From the human T2T-CHM13v2.0 reference genome, Homo sapiens: a DNA stretch of 64,000 bases. Location: assembly GCF_009914755.1 (NCBI RefSeq), contig NC_060925.1. One strand, given 5' to 3'. Both the position numbers and the translations under genes were made by a program. A model generated the notes under the pieces. It was not told the DNA's origin, ran no database searches, and saw only the letters and a program-made list of their open reading frames with translations. Shown here piece after piece: positions 28,151-41,056 of this stretch. Within the stretch, counting starts at the first letter, position 1. Each line of letters starts with the position of its first letter.

Positions 28151-28748
28151 CATATATATGTTTTTTAATGTGGGAATGTTCAGATTATTATTTCTTCAAC
28201 TATTTGTGTTGCTGTATTCTCATTTTATTTTGTTTCTAAACAAATGTTGTTTGTTTCATTTTATTTTGTTTCTAGACAAATTTTGTTTAAATAGCATACG
28301 GTTTTATGTGTATATATCACTTGACATTATCTTCCATTTCAAACATTTTTGTTTATCTATTTTTTAAATATTGTGTCACTGTGAATAACTCTGCATGCTA
28401 ATTTCAAAATATGGGCTATCATATGGTTGGTTTCTATTGTTTATTTTTTTTTTACTTTTGGTGGTGGTTGTTCTAGATATGAGTCAGCTTTCCTTCTTAA
28501 TATGCTTACTTAGCAAATCACATTTTCTTAAAATCAGATATCTTGATAGTCATCATAGACAATGGGTAAGAATTATTTTAATCTCAATGAAAATGTTGGA
28601 TGAATCATATTTCTTTAGACATATTATAAGAATATGTGGACAAATCATTAATAACATTTGCCTATTTATTCTGTGTGTTCATATATGAAGAAATCTTACA
28701 AAATGTAGAAGCATTTGCCATTGAATTTTTGTGTTATTGGACATAAAC

Positions 28749-28799
28749 CTTGCAGATCACAATTATCTGGATGGATAAAGATGAAGAAACAGTTTGTTT
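28749..28799 (-). pseudogene. Possible 51-bp symmetric exon remnant
   Basis: tctctttag|...AAG|gtttat. Open in two frames; weak donor. Confidence 0.25.
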
Positions 28800-29300
28800 C
28801 TAAAGAGATATTTAAGTGGACAACAAAATTATTTTCTGATACTATCTTAATTATATAAGTTACAATAATTAATTCCCACTCCTACCTCACTTTCACCCCA
28901 CTCCAGCCACTCATACATACAACTCTTAATCACACCAGCGCTGCTGAAAATATATATACTCTGAAAATGGAAGCACAAAATCATGCATGATTTGCAAAAA
29001 AACAGGCAAGAGAGAAACTTATTAGATCAAGGAGATTATCCTATGAATTCTTATTTATTTCCACAAAAAATATACTAGATATAAGTTTAGGTAGCAAAAA
29101 TAATCAAGGAATAATTTTATAGTGCATTGTGAGAAAATATTCTAAATTTATCATTTTTAGAGAATGTATTAAATATTTTGAAAGTGTACTTGGTAGCAAT
29201 ATTATTGAATACGAAGTATTCAAACAAATATCCTATTTGGAAAGCTTAATTATTATGTCAATATTGTGGTTTAAATACAATGTTGTCCTTCCCTTGGCAC

Positions 29301-29441
29301 CTGCCAATCTCTGACCTATTCTTCCTCTATTGTGAGTGAAGGGCTCACTGGGCAACTTTCCCAGCCTTTGCTGGAGAGCTTCCGGGATTTCTCTAAATGA
29401 CTTCGTGTCTTTTTGCCACCCAGCTTCCTCATTACTCCTTT
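29301..29441 (-). pseudogene. 141-bp exon remnant
   Basis: GC-richer island; tattag|...CAG|gtgcca. Phase-1 frame is open (RSNEEAGWQKDTKSFREIPEALQQRLGKLPSEPF...); phase-0 frame has one stop. Confidence 0.45.
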
Positions 29442-29797
29442 CTAATAGTAATGCATCACATTACTATTACTCATTTCTAATAGTAATGTATCACATTACT
29501 ATTACCACAATTAATATGACTGGGTTACTCAATGTAAAATGTATATTGAGATTTACAAAAAATTCTGTATCTTGACATTAATTTGTATGTTGAAATTAGT
29601 AAATCTTTTTGTTTTTCCTAATAAAAAGCAAATATGAGGCAATTATTAGTGCGTGTTCTATATTAATATGAAAATTCAGCTTATAATTATTCTATGTTTC
29701 TACCATACTTCTCTTTGGCAGCGTTTACATATATTTATCAAACAGAAAAAAGAGACAGTAATATTTCCAAAATTCACAAAGTCAGTTAATCCCTTAC

Positions 29798-29917
29798 AAT
29801 TATGGCAGAAACTTAATTGAACAACTGAGGTTTCCTCAGGATTAAAATGCCAAGAGATGTTTGGTTTCTTCATTGCAGAAAAATTTCTATTTTCTGCCTC
29901 AATTTAAGATATCAACA
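29798..29917 (-). pseudogene. RGS-like exon remnant (VDI/LKLRQKIEIFLQ*RNQTSLGILILRKPQ)
   Basis: Donor ATT|gtaagg. Long T tract but acceptor AG appears mutated to AA. One frameshift after VDI. Resembles the RGS V(N/D)I...R..I motif. Confidence 0.45.
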
Positions 29918-31160
29918 TTAAAAATTAAAAAAACAAAATTTTGATAATATAAAATATAATATTTGTCACAATTCTAACATTAAGTTATAAATGGCTATCA
30001 CATTTTTCTATGAGGTTTAAAACCTCCCTGATGCTATGAAGATGCCTGTTTAATGTCAATTAAAATAAATAATCCTAATTATGATCCTAATTACTTTCCC
30101 ATTCTTAAGTAGTCTAGGACATTTGCTTGCTGTAAGTACTAATGTACCAGAGAAATCATTAGTTAGAATTTAAGTAGTAAACACGGGCAAAAATAAGACC
30201 TTCACAGATATATTTCTGTTTATGGCTATTTATGGTATAAGTTAAAATAAGATTAAGTGTAATTATACCAATTATCTCTGAATTTTTTTCTTTGAGAAAA
30301 AAGGAATGCTGTAACAAAATTGAAAAAGAGAAATTGTGTTAAAATAAGCCTTGGTTTGGTATATTTTAAGATATACAAATAAACAATAACATTCAAAATT
30401 AGTTAAGTACTTGACTCATAAATTTCACAAATTGTGGTTTTTAATAGACATGACATCCATCCAATATTCTTAATTGAAGAGTTATATGTAGCCACTCCAA
30501 GAAAAATTTGTACTGAGAAAATCTACTATATTTGATCTAGATTTAACTATAACCCAGTAAGGCAGAAATGTCCTACTTTTAAGTAAAATTTATCTTGCAC
30601 AATAATCTAAATCCATACTATGAATAATTTTTCTAACAGTGATATTTTAGTTTCTATATCTGTATAAAGTAGATGGAAGTGAGCACAAGGCACTAATTTA
30701 TAAACATTAAATTTATGATTAGAATTGAGCATTGCAAAATAATACTAGGACTCATATTGATAATTAAGACTGCCAAAATTATTATTTCTGCTATTATTCC
30801 TTATAACACATATGAAATACTGCTCTTATTCTAGGCAACTTCTTTCTGAAAAATATCTGAATATTTTAAAGGAAGCTATTCTATTCTTCAAGATACTGGT
30901 CATTATCACAGTGTTTCTACTGAGAGAAATTGTATCTTTCTAATGTTTTAATGTTTTAACACTGGAAATACCCAATTATTAAAAACCTGTTGTTAAAAAT
31001 TATTTAATATATTTAATGCTGTTTAATTTTAATTTTATCCAGTAACTCACACATTAATAAGTACATGTTGAATATTTTTTGAATTTTGCTAATTAAGAAT
31101 GACAAATTAATATTTCCACTGTGATTCTTTATAAAACAAATGTTAAATATTCTCTTATAC

Positions 31161-31649
31161 CACGTGCCCTCTTCCCCAAAATATCTTGATGTAAAGCAGT
31201 TAATCCTGGCTAACAAACAGCTACTATATATGGACTTTACAACCCAATGGTCTCAGAGTTGTTGAATTTCTCCTGTGAAGTTTGTGTCCAAAATCTCAAA
31301 AAGATCTAAGTGCGCAAAGCTGGTCCAAAACACTCCAAGTGTCCAAAAGGTCCAGGAAAAAGGAGTTTGGGCTTTTCTCACTTAGCATTGGAAGGAACAT
31401 AGCACCATTTTTGCCATATTTAATTATTTGAAGTATTCATAAATTTACCCAGGTTCAGCAACGGGAGATTGGGTACCGCTTTTGGGGGAGGAGTGGTAAA
31501 TTGACATTGTAGACAATCATGCAGAATGGGTGATACTGTTGAGGCCAATTTTTGAAAATGCAGTTCTGCCACATGAATATAACAGCTTTCAAACCAGTTT
31601 ATGAAAAGACTAGTGTGTGAGAGTCTATGTCATACTTATTATCAATTCA
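31161..31649 (-). pseudogene. RGS-like exon remnant apparently split by an MLT1-type LTR
   Basis: Strong acceptor cttttccccatctctcccactctgtcaag at 31650; donor GTG|gtataa. The 3' part reads SCLLARINCFTSRYFGEEGT and joins VDI of the next exon in phase 2. Confidence 0.4.
31230..31573 (-). mobile_element. MLT1G/H-type LTR fragment
   Basis: End gatactgttgaggccaatttttgaaaatgcagttctgccaca. Confidence 0.65.
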
Positions 31650-31842
31650 CTTGACAGAGTGGGAGAGATGGGGAAAAGACAAGAGCATAACTTGATAAAC
31701 TCAAGTGATCAGTATCTGTTTCTTAAAATAACTCTTATGGTTATTCACAGTGATGATAGGGCTTTGTATGAAATTGACAAGTTTGTAAAGAATGATTTCA
31801 ATTTGATATTTGTTTTAACATATCGAGATATATATATATATG

Positions 31843-32014
31843 TTTTTCTTTTTTTAGACACAAGGTCTCCCTTTGTCGCCCAGGCTGCAGTGCATGCAGT
31901 GTGAACGTCATACACCTGTGCAGCCTAGAACTCCTAGGCTCAAGTAATTCTCCTGCCTTAGCCACCCAAGCAGCTGGGATTAATGGTGTAACCCATGGTC
32001 CGGGGCTAAATTTT
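31843..32014 (-). mobile_element. FRAM/AluJ right monomer
   Basis: Diverged Alu monomer. Confidence 0.85.
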
Positions 32015-32050
32015 CAAGATTTAAGTTAACTGAAAAACTTCGATGGACAT

Positions 32051-32733
32051 CGTATTAGTCATGGTTCTCTTAGAGGAACGGAACTAATAGGATATACATA
32101 TATATACATATACACACATACATATACACATATATATACACAGTAATATATATATATACACATCTTATATATATTGGATGAATAATATATATACATCTAA
32201 TATGAATATTTATAAAAAGAAAAAATATTAACTTTGTTCAAAAAACCCTATTCTAATTTTAACCTATTGTATGCATTATTAATACTTGCTCATATATTCA
32301 ATTGGAAAGTGAGATTCCAGAGATTTAATCTAAAAATCTTCTTTCTTCATATATGTATACATAAAGGGGAGTTAATAAGTATTAACTTACACAATCACAA
32401 GGTCCCACAATAGGCCGTCTGCTGAGGAGCAAGGAGAGCCAGTATGAGTCCCAAAACTGAAGAACTTGAAGTCCGATGTCTGAGGGCGGGAAGCATCCAG
32501 CAGAGGAGAAAGATACAGGCTGGGGGCTAGGCCTCTCTCTCACTTCACATTTTTCTGTCTGCTTTATATTCACTGACTGCTGATTAGATGGTGCCCAACC
32601 GATTAAGGGTAGGTCTGCCTTCCCCAGTCCACTGACTCAGATGTTAATCTCCTTTGGCAACACCCTCGAAGACACACCCAGGATCAATATTGCATCCTTC
32701 AGTCCAATCAAGTTGACAGTATTAACCATCACC
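32051..32733 (-). mobile_element. MLT2A LTR containing a ~140-bp foreign insert
   Basis: gtattagtcatggttctct...acaatcacaaggtcccacaataggcc...attaaccatcac; TSD gacat/gatgt. Confidence 0.9.
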
Positions 32734-32925
32734 GATGTAAAATATTTTAAATCTTGAAATCATGTTAGAAAAACACAAAAGGAGAAAGTTTTAGAGAACT
32801 CCATGTAGGGAGATTTAAACCACACCTTTTGTTTTGGAGAAAGACAATGACAGAATGTCCATCACTTCAGTAAAAGATCTGTTTTCAAAAGCAGGGGTTA
32901 TGAGAACAATACTGGAAAAATTCTA

Positions 32926-33218
32926 TTTTTTTTTTTTTTAAGATGGAATCTCGCTCTGTCACCAGGCTGGAGTGCAGTGGCACGATCTCAGCTCACTGCA
33001 ACTTCTGACTCCCTGGTTCAAGCGATTCTCCTGCTTCAGCCTCCTGAGTAGCTGGAATTACAGGCAAGCACCACTATGCCCAGATAATTTTTATATTTTT
33101 AGTGGAGACTACGTTTCACCATGTTGGCCAGGATGGTCTGGATCTCTTGACCTCATGATCCGCCTGCCTTGGCCTCCCAAAGTGCTGGGATTACAGGCGT
33201 GAGCCACTGCGCCCAGCC
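32926..33218 (-). mobile_element. AluSc
   Basis: Sc-type diagnostic bases; TSD aaaaattcta. Confidence 0.95.
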
Positions 33219-33721
33219 AAAAATTCTAGTTTTAAGCAGAGACTAATACAATGCAGCAACAATAACAACCAAAAAAAGAGTAAAAGAAAATTGATCTCAA
33301 AGAATAATGATTTAGCAGTAGTAACAAATTCTAATAAATAGTAGATGAATGTTTAACCCAAATATAAAAAGAAAAAAAAAATAACTGTTCAAAGCCCTAT
33401 TCTAATTTTAACCTATTGCATGTATTATTAATATTTGATTATATATTCCAATGGAAAGCGAGATTCCAGAGATTTAATCTAAAATCTTCATTCTGCATAC
33501 ACACATAAATTTATGGATAATATAAGTACTTGGAGTGTCAGGTGTATAAATTAAAGACAATATACATAAATGGAGAAGAAAGACAAGCAAGAAAAAGTGA
33601 TAATTTGCTCTGGGTGTCTTGCAATCTTATCTACATCCATTAAATATTGGACCCCTTGAGGCTGGTTACAGCACTGAATGTTTTTTCTCTGCAGAACATG
33701 TTCTTTTTTAAACAAACATCT

Positions 33722-34186
33722 ATCATAGGTTGGGTTCCCCAGAAAACAGATTCCGAAATGGAGATTTGGTTGTATTGGGTTAATAGGGAATGTTCTCATG
33801 AACAACAGGAAAGGGTGTGCAGGAAAAAAGGATAGAGCAGAGTGAGAAGCAACTATAATCCAATTGCTACAGAAGGCCAACCAGTCTAGTTTGCTTATGG
33901 CACTCCCTGTTTTAGTGTTGAAAAGCTTTTTTCAGGGAAACTCTGTGGTTTGGCTAAACCTGAATAGGATCAACCCATGTGCCATGTGAAACTCTGGAGC
34001 TGACATGTCGCTTCAGACATGTTCTGAATTAAAATAAGAGGACCCTGATGCCATCCACTAATCAATTTTTGCAAGTTGATTTTCAGGAAGGGGTATAACT
34101 TTGGATGATGTAGATCCCTTCTGCTGAGGGCAATTCAATAATGTCTCGAACAGTTCAAATTCCACATGATTATCACAGAATCCACA
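33722..34186 (-). mobile_element. LTR16-like ERVL LTR with a nested MER81-like MITE (~33870-33977)
   Basis: gggttccccagaaaacagattccgaaatggagattt motif; insert resembles recalled MER81. Confidence 0.6.
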
Positions 34187-34315
34187 AGGCTTCCCCAAAC
34201 CTGATTTTCTCCTTAACTTGAAGAATAGCACTGTGTATCCTACCTATTTTTTGTGCTCTCCACTTAAAAACTTTCATAAAATCTTGTTATTTTTATTTCT
34301 CCAATATCTCTCCAG

Positions 34316-34579
34316 TTTTTATTTTTTTCTCTGTCACCCAGGCTGGAGTGCAGTGGTCACTGCAACCTCCGCCTCTTAGCTTCAAGTGATTCTCCTCCTT
34401 CAACCTCCCAAGTAGTTGGGATTAAAGGTGCCCACCACCACACCTGGCTAATTTTTGTATTTGTAGTAGAGACAGGGTTTCACCATGTTGGTCAGGCTGG
34501 TCTCGAACTCCTGACCTCAGGTGATCTGCCTGCCTTGGCCTCCCAAAGTGCTGGGATTATAGGCGTGAGCCCTCCCGCC
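34316..34579 (-). mobile_element. AluS
   Basis: Alu consensus with internal deletions. Confidence 0.92.
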
Positions 34580-34765
34580 TTTTTTTTTTTTATCTTTTTT
34601 ATTTTTTAGACACAAGGAGTCCCTGTGTTCCCCAGGAAGGAGTACAGTTGCATGATTATAGCTCACAGCAGCCTCAAACTCCTGTGCTCAAGCAATTCTC
34701 TTCTCCTGCCTCAGCCTCCAGAGTAGCTGGAACTACAGGTGTGTGACACCATTCCATATATTTTT
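34580..34765 (-). mobile_element. AluJ/FRAM right arm
   Basis: Diverged Alu arm. Confidence 0.85.
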
Positions 34766-34810
34766 TCTTCTCTTGCTTACTGGGGATTAGGAGAAAACAT
34801 ATTCATTTGA

Positions 34811-35148
<338 letters not shown>

Positions 35149-35241
35149 CTCTTTGAAGTTTCTTAATACATGAGAATATAAAATAGTAGGAAAACATTTC
35201 CTGGAGCTGATTTTCATATCTACATGATCCACTGTTCTCAC

Positions 35242-35352
35242 TAAAGCATTTCCATCATGTTACAATGGAATCTTCTCTTCTCCAGTATGCCTTCGTCAGT
35301 GAAAATAAAAAGACTAAACTTCTGACATCATAACAATTACAATGCCGACATT
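35242..35352 (-). pseudogene. 111-bp exon remnant
   Basis: tctctctgctcag|...TTA|gtgaga. Length divisible by 3; reading frame ambiguous. Confidence 0.45.
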
Positions 35353-35503
35353 CTGAGCAGAGAGAGAGAGAGTATACAGAGGAAAACTCCAGAGAGCTGA
35401 CTGGAAGCCAGTTTGATACTGGGGAGTAGGTCTTATTTGCAGGAAGCACCACAGGCCAACAGAGCTATCAGCTCCTTTGAGCATCTGGATGTAAGCAACA
35501 CAC

Positions 35504-35644
35504 CTTTGCTTCTAAGACTTTATCTTCCTCTCTCTTCTTATGTGTAAATGGCCCATTTTCCATGGTTATTTTGCAGTCCAGAGGCCTCAACACTCCTGAG
35601 CCCTTAGAATTGAAGGTGAAGAAATGAACAACTTTTGAGGATGA
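35504..35644 (-). pseudogene. 141-bp exon remnant (SSSKVVHFFTF...KKREEDKVLEAK)
   Basis: tttccccttag|...AAG|gtgtgt. Fully open 47 codons, phase 0-0; 151-bp intron to the next exon. Confidence 0.5.
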
Positions 35645-37072
35645 CTAAGGGGAAATTTTTAATTGTGATAAGGGAGGAACTATATCAAACTACTTTAAAA
35701 CTATTCACTTAGCTAGGTAAGTGAATCACATCGTATTTGTTCCATTGATATCAATCCAGATGTAATAAAATTGTAATATTGCGATATTTAGCAAAATGTC
35801 TTCCATTTTGGAATGGGGGAGTATATTATGGCACTTATAAATATTGTGTAATATGCAAAATGTGATCAAAGTCTGTGTTAAATTTTAAAAAACCTGTTAG
35901 AAAAAATTATACTCATTTTGGAAAGAAAAAAATTATAAATGGCTTGTTCTACTTTAAGTTATTAGAAGTTTCCCAAATGACAATTACGGTTAACAATTCC
36001 CCAAATGTGTCAATTGATACTTATTTATTAAAAGGGGTTTGTAATCTCCTGCTTAAATATGATTTTGAAAATCTAATTAAAATTCTCATGTTTCTGTATT
36101 CAGATTTTTCTTTCTTAGTGTAAAAACAGGATACTACTGCTCAGAAAGACAATCTGTTTTATAAATTGGTAATAAAATTTATAATTTATAAATTGGTGAA
36201 AAAGAAAAAATAGATTATAAAAGATAAAAATCAAATTACTTAAGCTTTTGTATAATGCTTAAAAAATGGGGTCATACATACAAATTCACCAATCTTTTAC
36301 CTAATGATTTAGATAAGGAACAAATAGTCATATGAAGCCCTCAAATCACCCTTAACTTACTAACTTTGTCAATATTTTATTGAATATTGTTACACATTTA
36401 TTTTTCTATGATGTACAAGTTTGTCTGCTTTTACTAGACAGGCTTATTCATATGCTTATTAATTTTTAAAATGTAAAATCAATAGAGCAATTCACAAGAT
36501 AACATGTATATGTAAATATGTGTGTGCATACAAGTGTATATGTGACTATGTCTATGTATATGTGGGAATGAATGATACTGTGAAAACTCTATCTCCCAGC
36601 CTATTGTTTCATCACCCTTTTTCCCATTTATTCATACTGTATACCTTTTCCCAGTATTCATACTGTATAACTTTTAGAAATTAGTTCTTATATTTATTTA
36701 AATTCCAATAAGCAATTTAAAATGAAAAGGTGTAGTGTATTCTTTATTTAATATTTTTAATACAAAGAATACATGTAGAACACATAACTAGCATATAATG
36801 TGTATAACACATATTTCTTTTGCAACATGAATTTTTTTACAATTTAATACAGCCAGGCTAGTAATCCCAAAGGTCTTGATGCTGACATATGAAATCTTTA
36901 AACTTTCCTTGGTTATTTTTTAAAAGGAATTAAAACAGAATCCTGATCTTGCAAATAAAAGGGATTATATTTTAAAGTTGAAAGACTTCATGTTTTGTTC
37001 TGTTTCAGTTCTTGAATAAGAGTGATACAGAATGTTACTGACTATACTGTCTTATATACAAGCAAACAATAT

Positions 37073-37250
37073 AAGTAATGTTTATTGACTAATTTCAATG
37101 TCAGGCATTGTTCTAAGTGCTTTACTTATACTAATTTATTTAACCTTCATAACTCCTTAAGTTAAACTATTTCAATATCTCTCTCTTACAGATAAGGAAA
37201 TGAAGGCACAAAGAAGTCAAGTGCTTTTCCAATGCCAGAGAAGTAAGAGG
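37073..37250 (-). mobile_element. MIR
   Basis: ttacagataaggaaatgaaggcaca core. Confidence 0.8.
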
Positions 37251-37362
37251 TAAGTTATTATACTCTCTGCCCTTCTGGAATTGTTGGATAGGATTCCTTG
37301 GCTCCACAGAGCTGGTGATAGGCTATTAACTATGGATTTGCAATCAGGTACTAAAAGCTCAC

Positions 37363-37442
37363 CTTGAACTGGGCTGTCATAATCTTTTTCCCTGTTTTTG
37401 ACATAATATGCTGTGTTAATTATATGATAACTGTGGTGTTAA
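37363..37442 (-). pseudogene. 80-bp exon remnant
   Basis: ttttactctcag|...AAG|gtgagc. One stop, phase 1 to 0. Confidence 0.5.
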
Positions 37443-37574
37443 CTGAGAGTAAAATATATCCTTCAAGTTGCTATTCTAAGACTGGTCATAAATTTTTATT
37501 GACTCACTCTTTAAGTCATTGATTTTTGGTGACTAATATTACAAATTTGCAGTGGAACTTAATGCCATGCTTAC

Positions 37575-37802
37575 CTACGTTTACCATAGCATTCTGCCTT
37601 ATGTACAAAGAACAAAAAGTGGAAAATTAAAAACTTGATAATTAAACATTGACTAGAAGAAATTCATTCGAAGGTGCTAAAACAAGTTTTGATGAGGTCC
37701 CTAATCTTTGAAGATATGGTGATATAGATTTCAAAGTATAGCTTTGCTGAAACTGCCTTTATTTTTCTTAATACAAAGTAAGCACTTAAAGTAAGTTTTA
37801 CT
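37575..37802 (-). pseudogene. 228-bp RGS-like exon remnant (LRKIKAVSAKLYFEIYITISSKIRDLIKTCFSTFE*ISSSQCLIIKFLIFHF)
   Basis: ttttccatgttgcag|...TAG|gtaagc. One stop in 75 codons of AT-rich DNA. Pattern resembles the C-terminal half of an RGS box. End phase is off by one relative to the next exon. Confidence 0.55.
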
Positions 37803-37950
37803 CTGCAACATGGAAAATGATAGCATGTAAATTTTATAGTTATTTTTTTATTTGATGTTTACAGAATGTTTTAGCAATGACAAGTTGAAGTTTACTTCAA
37901 ATACATTTGGAATTAGAGCTGATTTACTATAGCTGTATATTTTGAATTAC

Positions 37951-38278
37951 ATAGGCAATATATTTCAAGATATAGATATATATTGCCATTGCAATATAGA
38001 AACAGATTGCTTATTTTGTCACGGCAGAATTATTTTGCTTTGGGGACAGAATGTTAAATTCTATGAATATTTATGAAGCCTATTTCTCTACATTGAAGAA
38101 AATGTTTCTCCCAAATGTTTTAAATTGAAATGAAATACAATTCCGTCTTCTTCATGTGAGGTACCACTGCTGCATCGGTACATCATACTCAGTAATTCAG
38201 GTAGAATAATTTATATGCCAACTCTAGCACATGGCTCAATCCTGAGTATGGTAAGTATCAAGCTAGTAAGGGTCATAT
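37951..38278 (-). pseudogene. Frameshifted exon remnant (SLILTILRIEP...AICFYIAMAIY)
   Basis: ttctgtttttcag| acceptor, TAT|gtaatt donor; 148-bp intron to the next exon. Several frameshifts are needed. Confidence 0.35.
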
Positions 38279-38751
38279 CTGAAAAACAGAACGTTCCTTC
38301 TCATAACATAAGATCCTCTCGAATTCTCATTAGGTCATACTGCTTGAGGCATTGCCTGCTTTACTGGTTCCTGATCTACAATTTCACCATTAATACTTGA
38401 CTACCTTAACTCATTTAGCTCTATTAACACTCAATGTGATGAATATTGTTTCTCTTCATTTTATAAACGAGGAAACTGGATCATTCGAGCCTAAACAGAG
38501 CTAGTAAGTTTCCTTAACCTCTACTTTCTTCATACTTTCATGACCACTGCCTAAGAATAGGTGTAGCAAACATTTATTTTCATCTATTTTGTTGAAATTA
38601 TGCTACATAAAAATACAACTATAAATTATGATTCTTCATAAAATCATTAACTATCAATTTACTACTTTTTTAGTAGAAAAAAATTGTAAGCAAAAAGCAA
38701 AGCAGCCTTTTTTGGAACTTAAATATTAAGAGAAAAAATGATGTAAATAAC

Positions 38752-39241
38752 CCATGTGTATTAGAGCTGGCTTGTGCTGGCTTATGAAAGTCAATTATTA
38801 AGTTTTCATAGATTTCATGGGTATGTTTTTAAATACAATCACGTTTTAAAACGAAATCTTATGAATGTGCAATTACACATTATTAAAAACGAAGGTGGCA
38901 AATACTCAATATTTGTCATTTTCTCATAAGTTTACTATGTTAACTATGATCTATGTTTTTAAAGTTATTTGTGCTCATTATGTCTGGAGGGTAAAATACT
39001 AAATAATCATGTGTTCCTGCACATCTCTTCTCTGTTTTGTGTTAGGTGACATCATGTTGGTAGATTGAAATTACTCATGATGGGACTATATTTACATCAT
39101 AGAATTTGACAAATGCTGGAAACAAAAATTTGATTCATTGTTTTGTTGATGCTTAGACTTAAGAAAGTGATGTGAAAATGTTAATAATGCAAATTAAACT
39201 TAAAAAGCTGCCAGGTTTGTAGTCATTACATTGTGACTAGT

Positions 39242-39277
<36 letters not shown>

Positions 39278-39746
39278 CAAAAATGAAAACATATTCTTCT
39301 AGTAGTCAAACATTATCATCTGATTCAGCAAAGAACTCATCCATATTCTTGACAAATGAGTGAATTGCCAAAATGCCTTTTTGTGGTTTTACTCTCATCT
39401 TACTTGTTAAACAAATAAAATTCTCAACTAACATTCATGTCGAAAAAATGTGCTCTCATCAATGATGTGGATGAATGCTGAACTGGATAGTGATTCAGCA
39501 TCTATTTGTAGTCTGATTTTGTTAAATCACAGTTAAATTGCAAACATAAGTTTGCCTCAGATACAAGAGGTCAGCAAAAATCAATAAAAATGTTCTGTAA
39601 AAATCAATTGGCTACATGGAATTGCAATAGAGTATTGTATTTTTATTATTATTTGTAAACTGTGTCCTATATCATATCAGTAAAAATATAATAAACTCAA
39701 ACATTTTTTCAAGGTTTACTGTTAAACATTAACCAGCATACCACTG
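38752..39746. mobile_element. MER63C/D-type hAT DNA transposon, near full length, with internal (CA)n
   Basis: Terminus gttaaacattaaccagcataccactg and internal motifs match recalled MER63. Confidence 0.75.
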
Positions 39747-39965
39747 CAAACTCTCACTCAGTAAAGGCTGCAATATAGAAAAGAAATGTGTAGTTTAGGA
39801 AATCTTAAGAAAATACTCTCAGCATATAAATCAAAATAACATTGAAATGTTCTAGTATGAATTAGTAATAGGTAAGTGGGAAAAAAAAGACTAACCAAAT
39901 AAAGAAGTTTGAGTTTATTTCAATAACACAATTTTTGTTTATTCGTTTGTTCCTAAGAACAGCTT

Positions 39966-40547
39966 GGTGATAGGCAGTTTCCTAACCTGGTTTCCAGTGA
40001 TCTCTGCTTCCTGACATTCTAGCCCATGTGTAATATCCTCCCAATGAATATGGACTTCACCTAGTGATGTCTTCCTAAAAAGTAGAATATTGCAAAAATG
40101 ATGGGATGTCACATTTGAGACTAGATTACAAAAGACTAACTTCTATATTGCTTGTACCCTTTCTCTCTCTGTGGCTCTTGGGTGCTTTATCTGATAAAGC
40201 AAGTTGTCATGTTGTGGACTGTTCTATAGAGAGGGTCTCATGGCAAGTAACTGAAGGCAGCAAATGGTCAGTGAGAAAATAAGGCCAACAGTCCAAAAGC
40301 ATTCAATAAATTGAATTCTGCCAACAATGATATAAGTGAGCTTGGAAGCAGACCATTTCCCACTTAAACGTTCAGATGAGACCACAGCCTTGGTGGATAC
40401 TGTGCTTGCATCCTGTGAGAGATGCTGGAGAGAGGATTCAGCTAATCTTTGCCCAGATTCCTGGATACAGGAATTTTAATCAATTTTGTTATTTTAAGTA
40501 ACTTAAATTTGGGATACTTTGTTAAGCAGCAGTATATAACTAGTACA
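39966..40547 (+). mobile_element. MLT1E/F-type LTR
   Basis: gagcttggaagcaga...ttcagatgagaccacagcc...aactagtaca. Confidence 0.85.
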
Positions 40548-40894
40548 GTTATCATAAAAGGAAAATGTAAATTAACATTTCAAAAAATGTGATTGCAATA
40601 TAATGAAGAATAAGTCATGATCTCCCCATCCTTAATAATATCCTCATAAGTTACACTGGTCTCAAAATAGGATAAACTGATTCTCTCAAAACGCTCTTTG
40701 AATTTTATAACACCTAGTTTTAAAGTCTTCCCTTTGTATCTAAGATAATTCTAGTGACGTTTCCACATAAGCATAAGGATATTATAAAAATATTAGTTTT
40801 TACATTTTTTTACATGACAAAGCCAAACAAAAAAATAAAATCATTTTAATGGTATGTAGTCTGGAAGTAACTACTCATCAGTTTACCAACCCAC

Positions 40895-40965
40895 CTTCCG
40901 TAACACACTGGGTTTATGACATAAGCGTGATGGGTAATGATATTGGTTCAAATTTCTTGTACATT
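40895..40965 (-). pseudogene. ~70-bp exon remnant (MYKKFEPISLPITLMS*TQCVTE)
   Basis: Donor AAG|gtgggt, phase 1, matching the next exon. Pyrimidine tract present but acceptor AG decayed. Confidence 0.35.
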
Positions 40966-41005
40966 TCAAGGAAAAACAGCCAAAATTTTATTTTTGTCAC
41001 TAGTT

Positions 41006-41025
41006 TGTCATAGTCAATTCTCTCC

Positions 41026-41056
<31 letters not shown>

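Noticed and set aside
37954-37987. 10-bp inverted repeat ggcaatatat/atatattgcc
   Set aside because: Short, TA-rich and isolated; no evidence for a MITE or an RNA gene.
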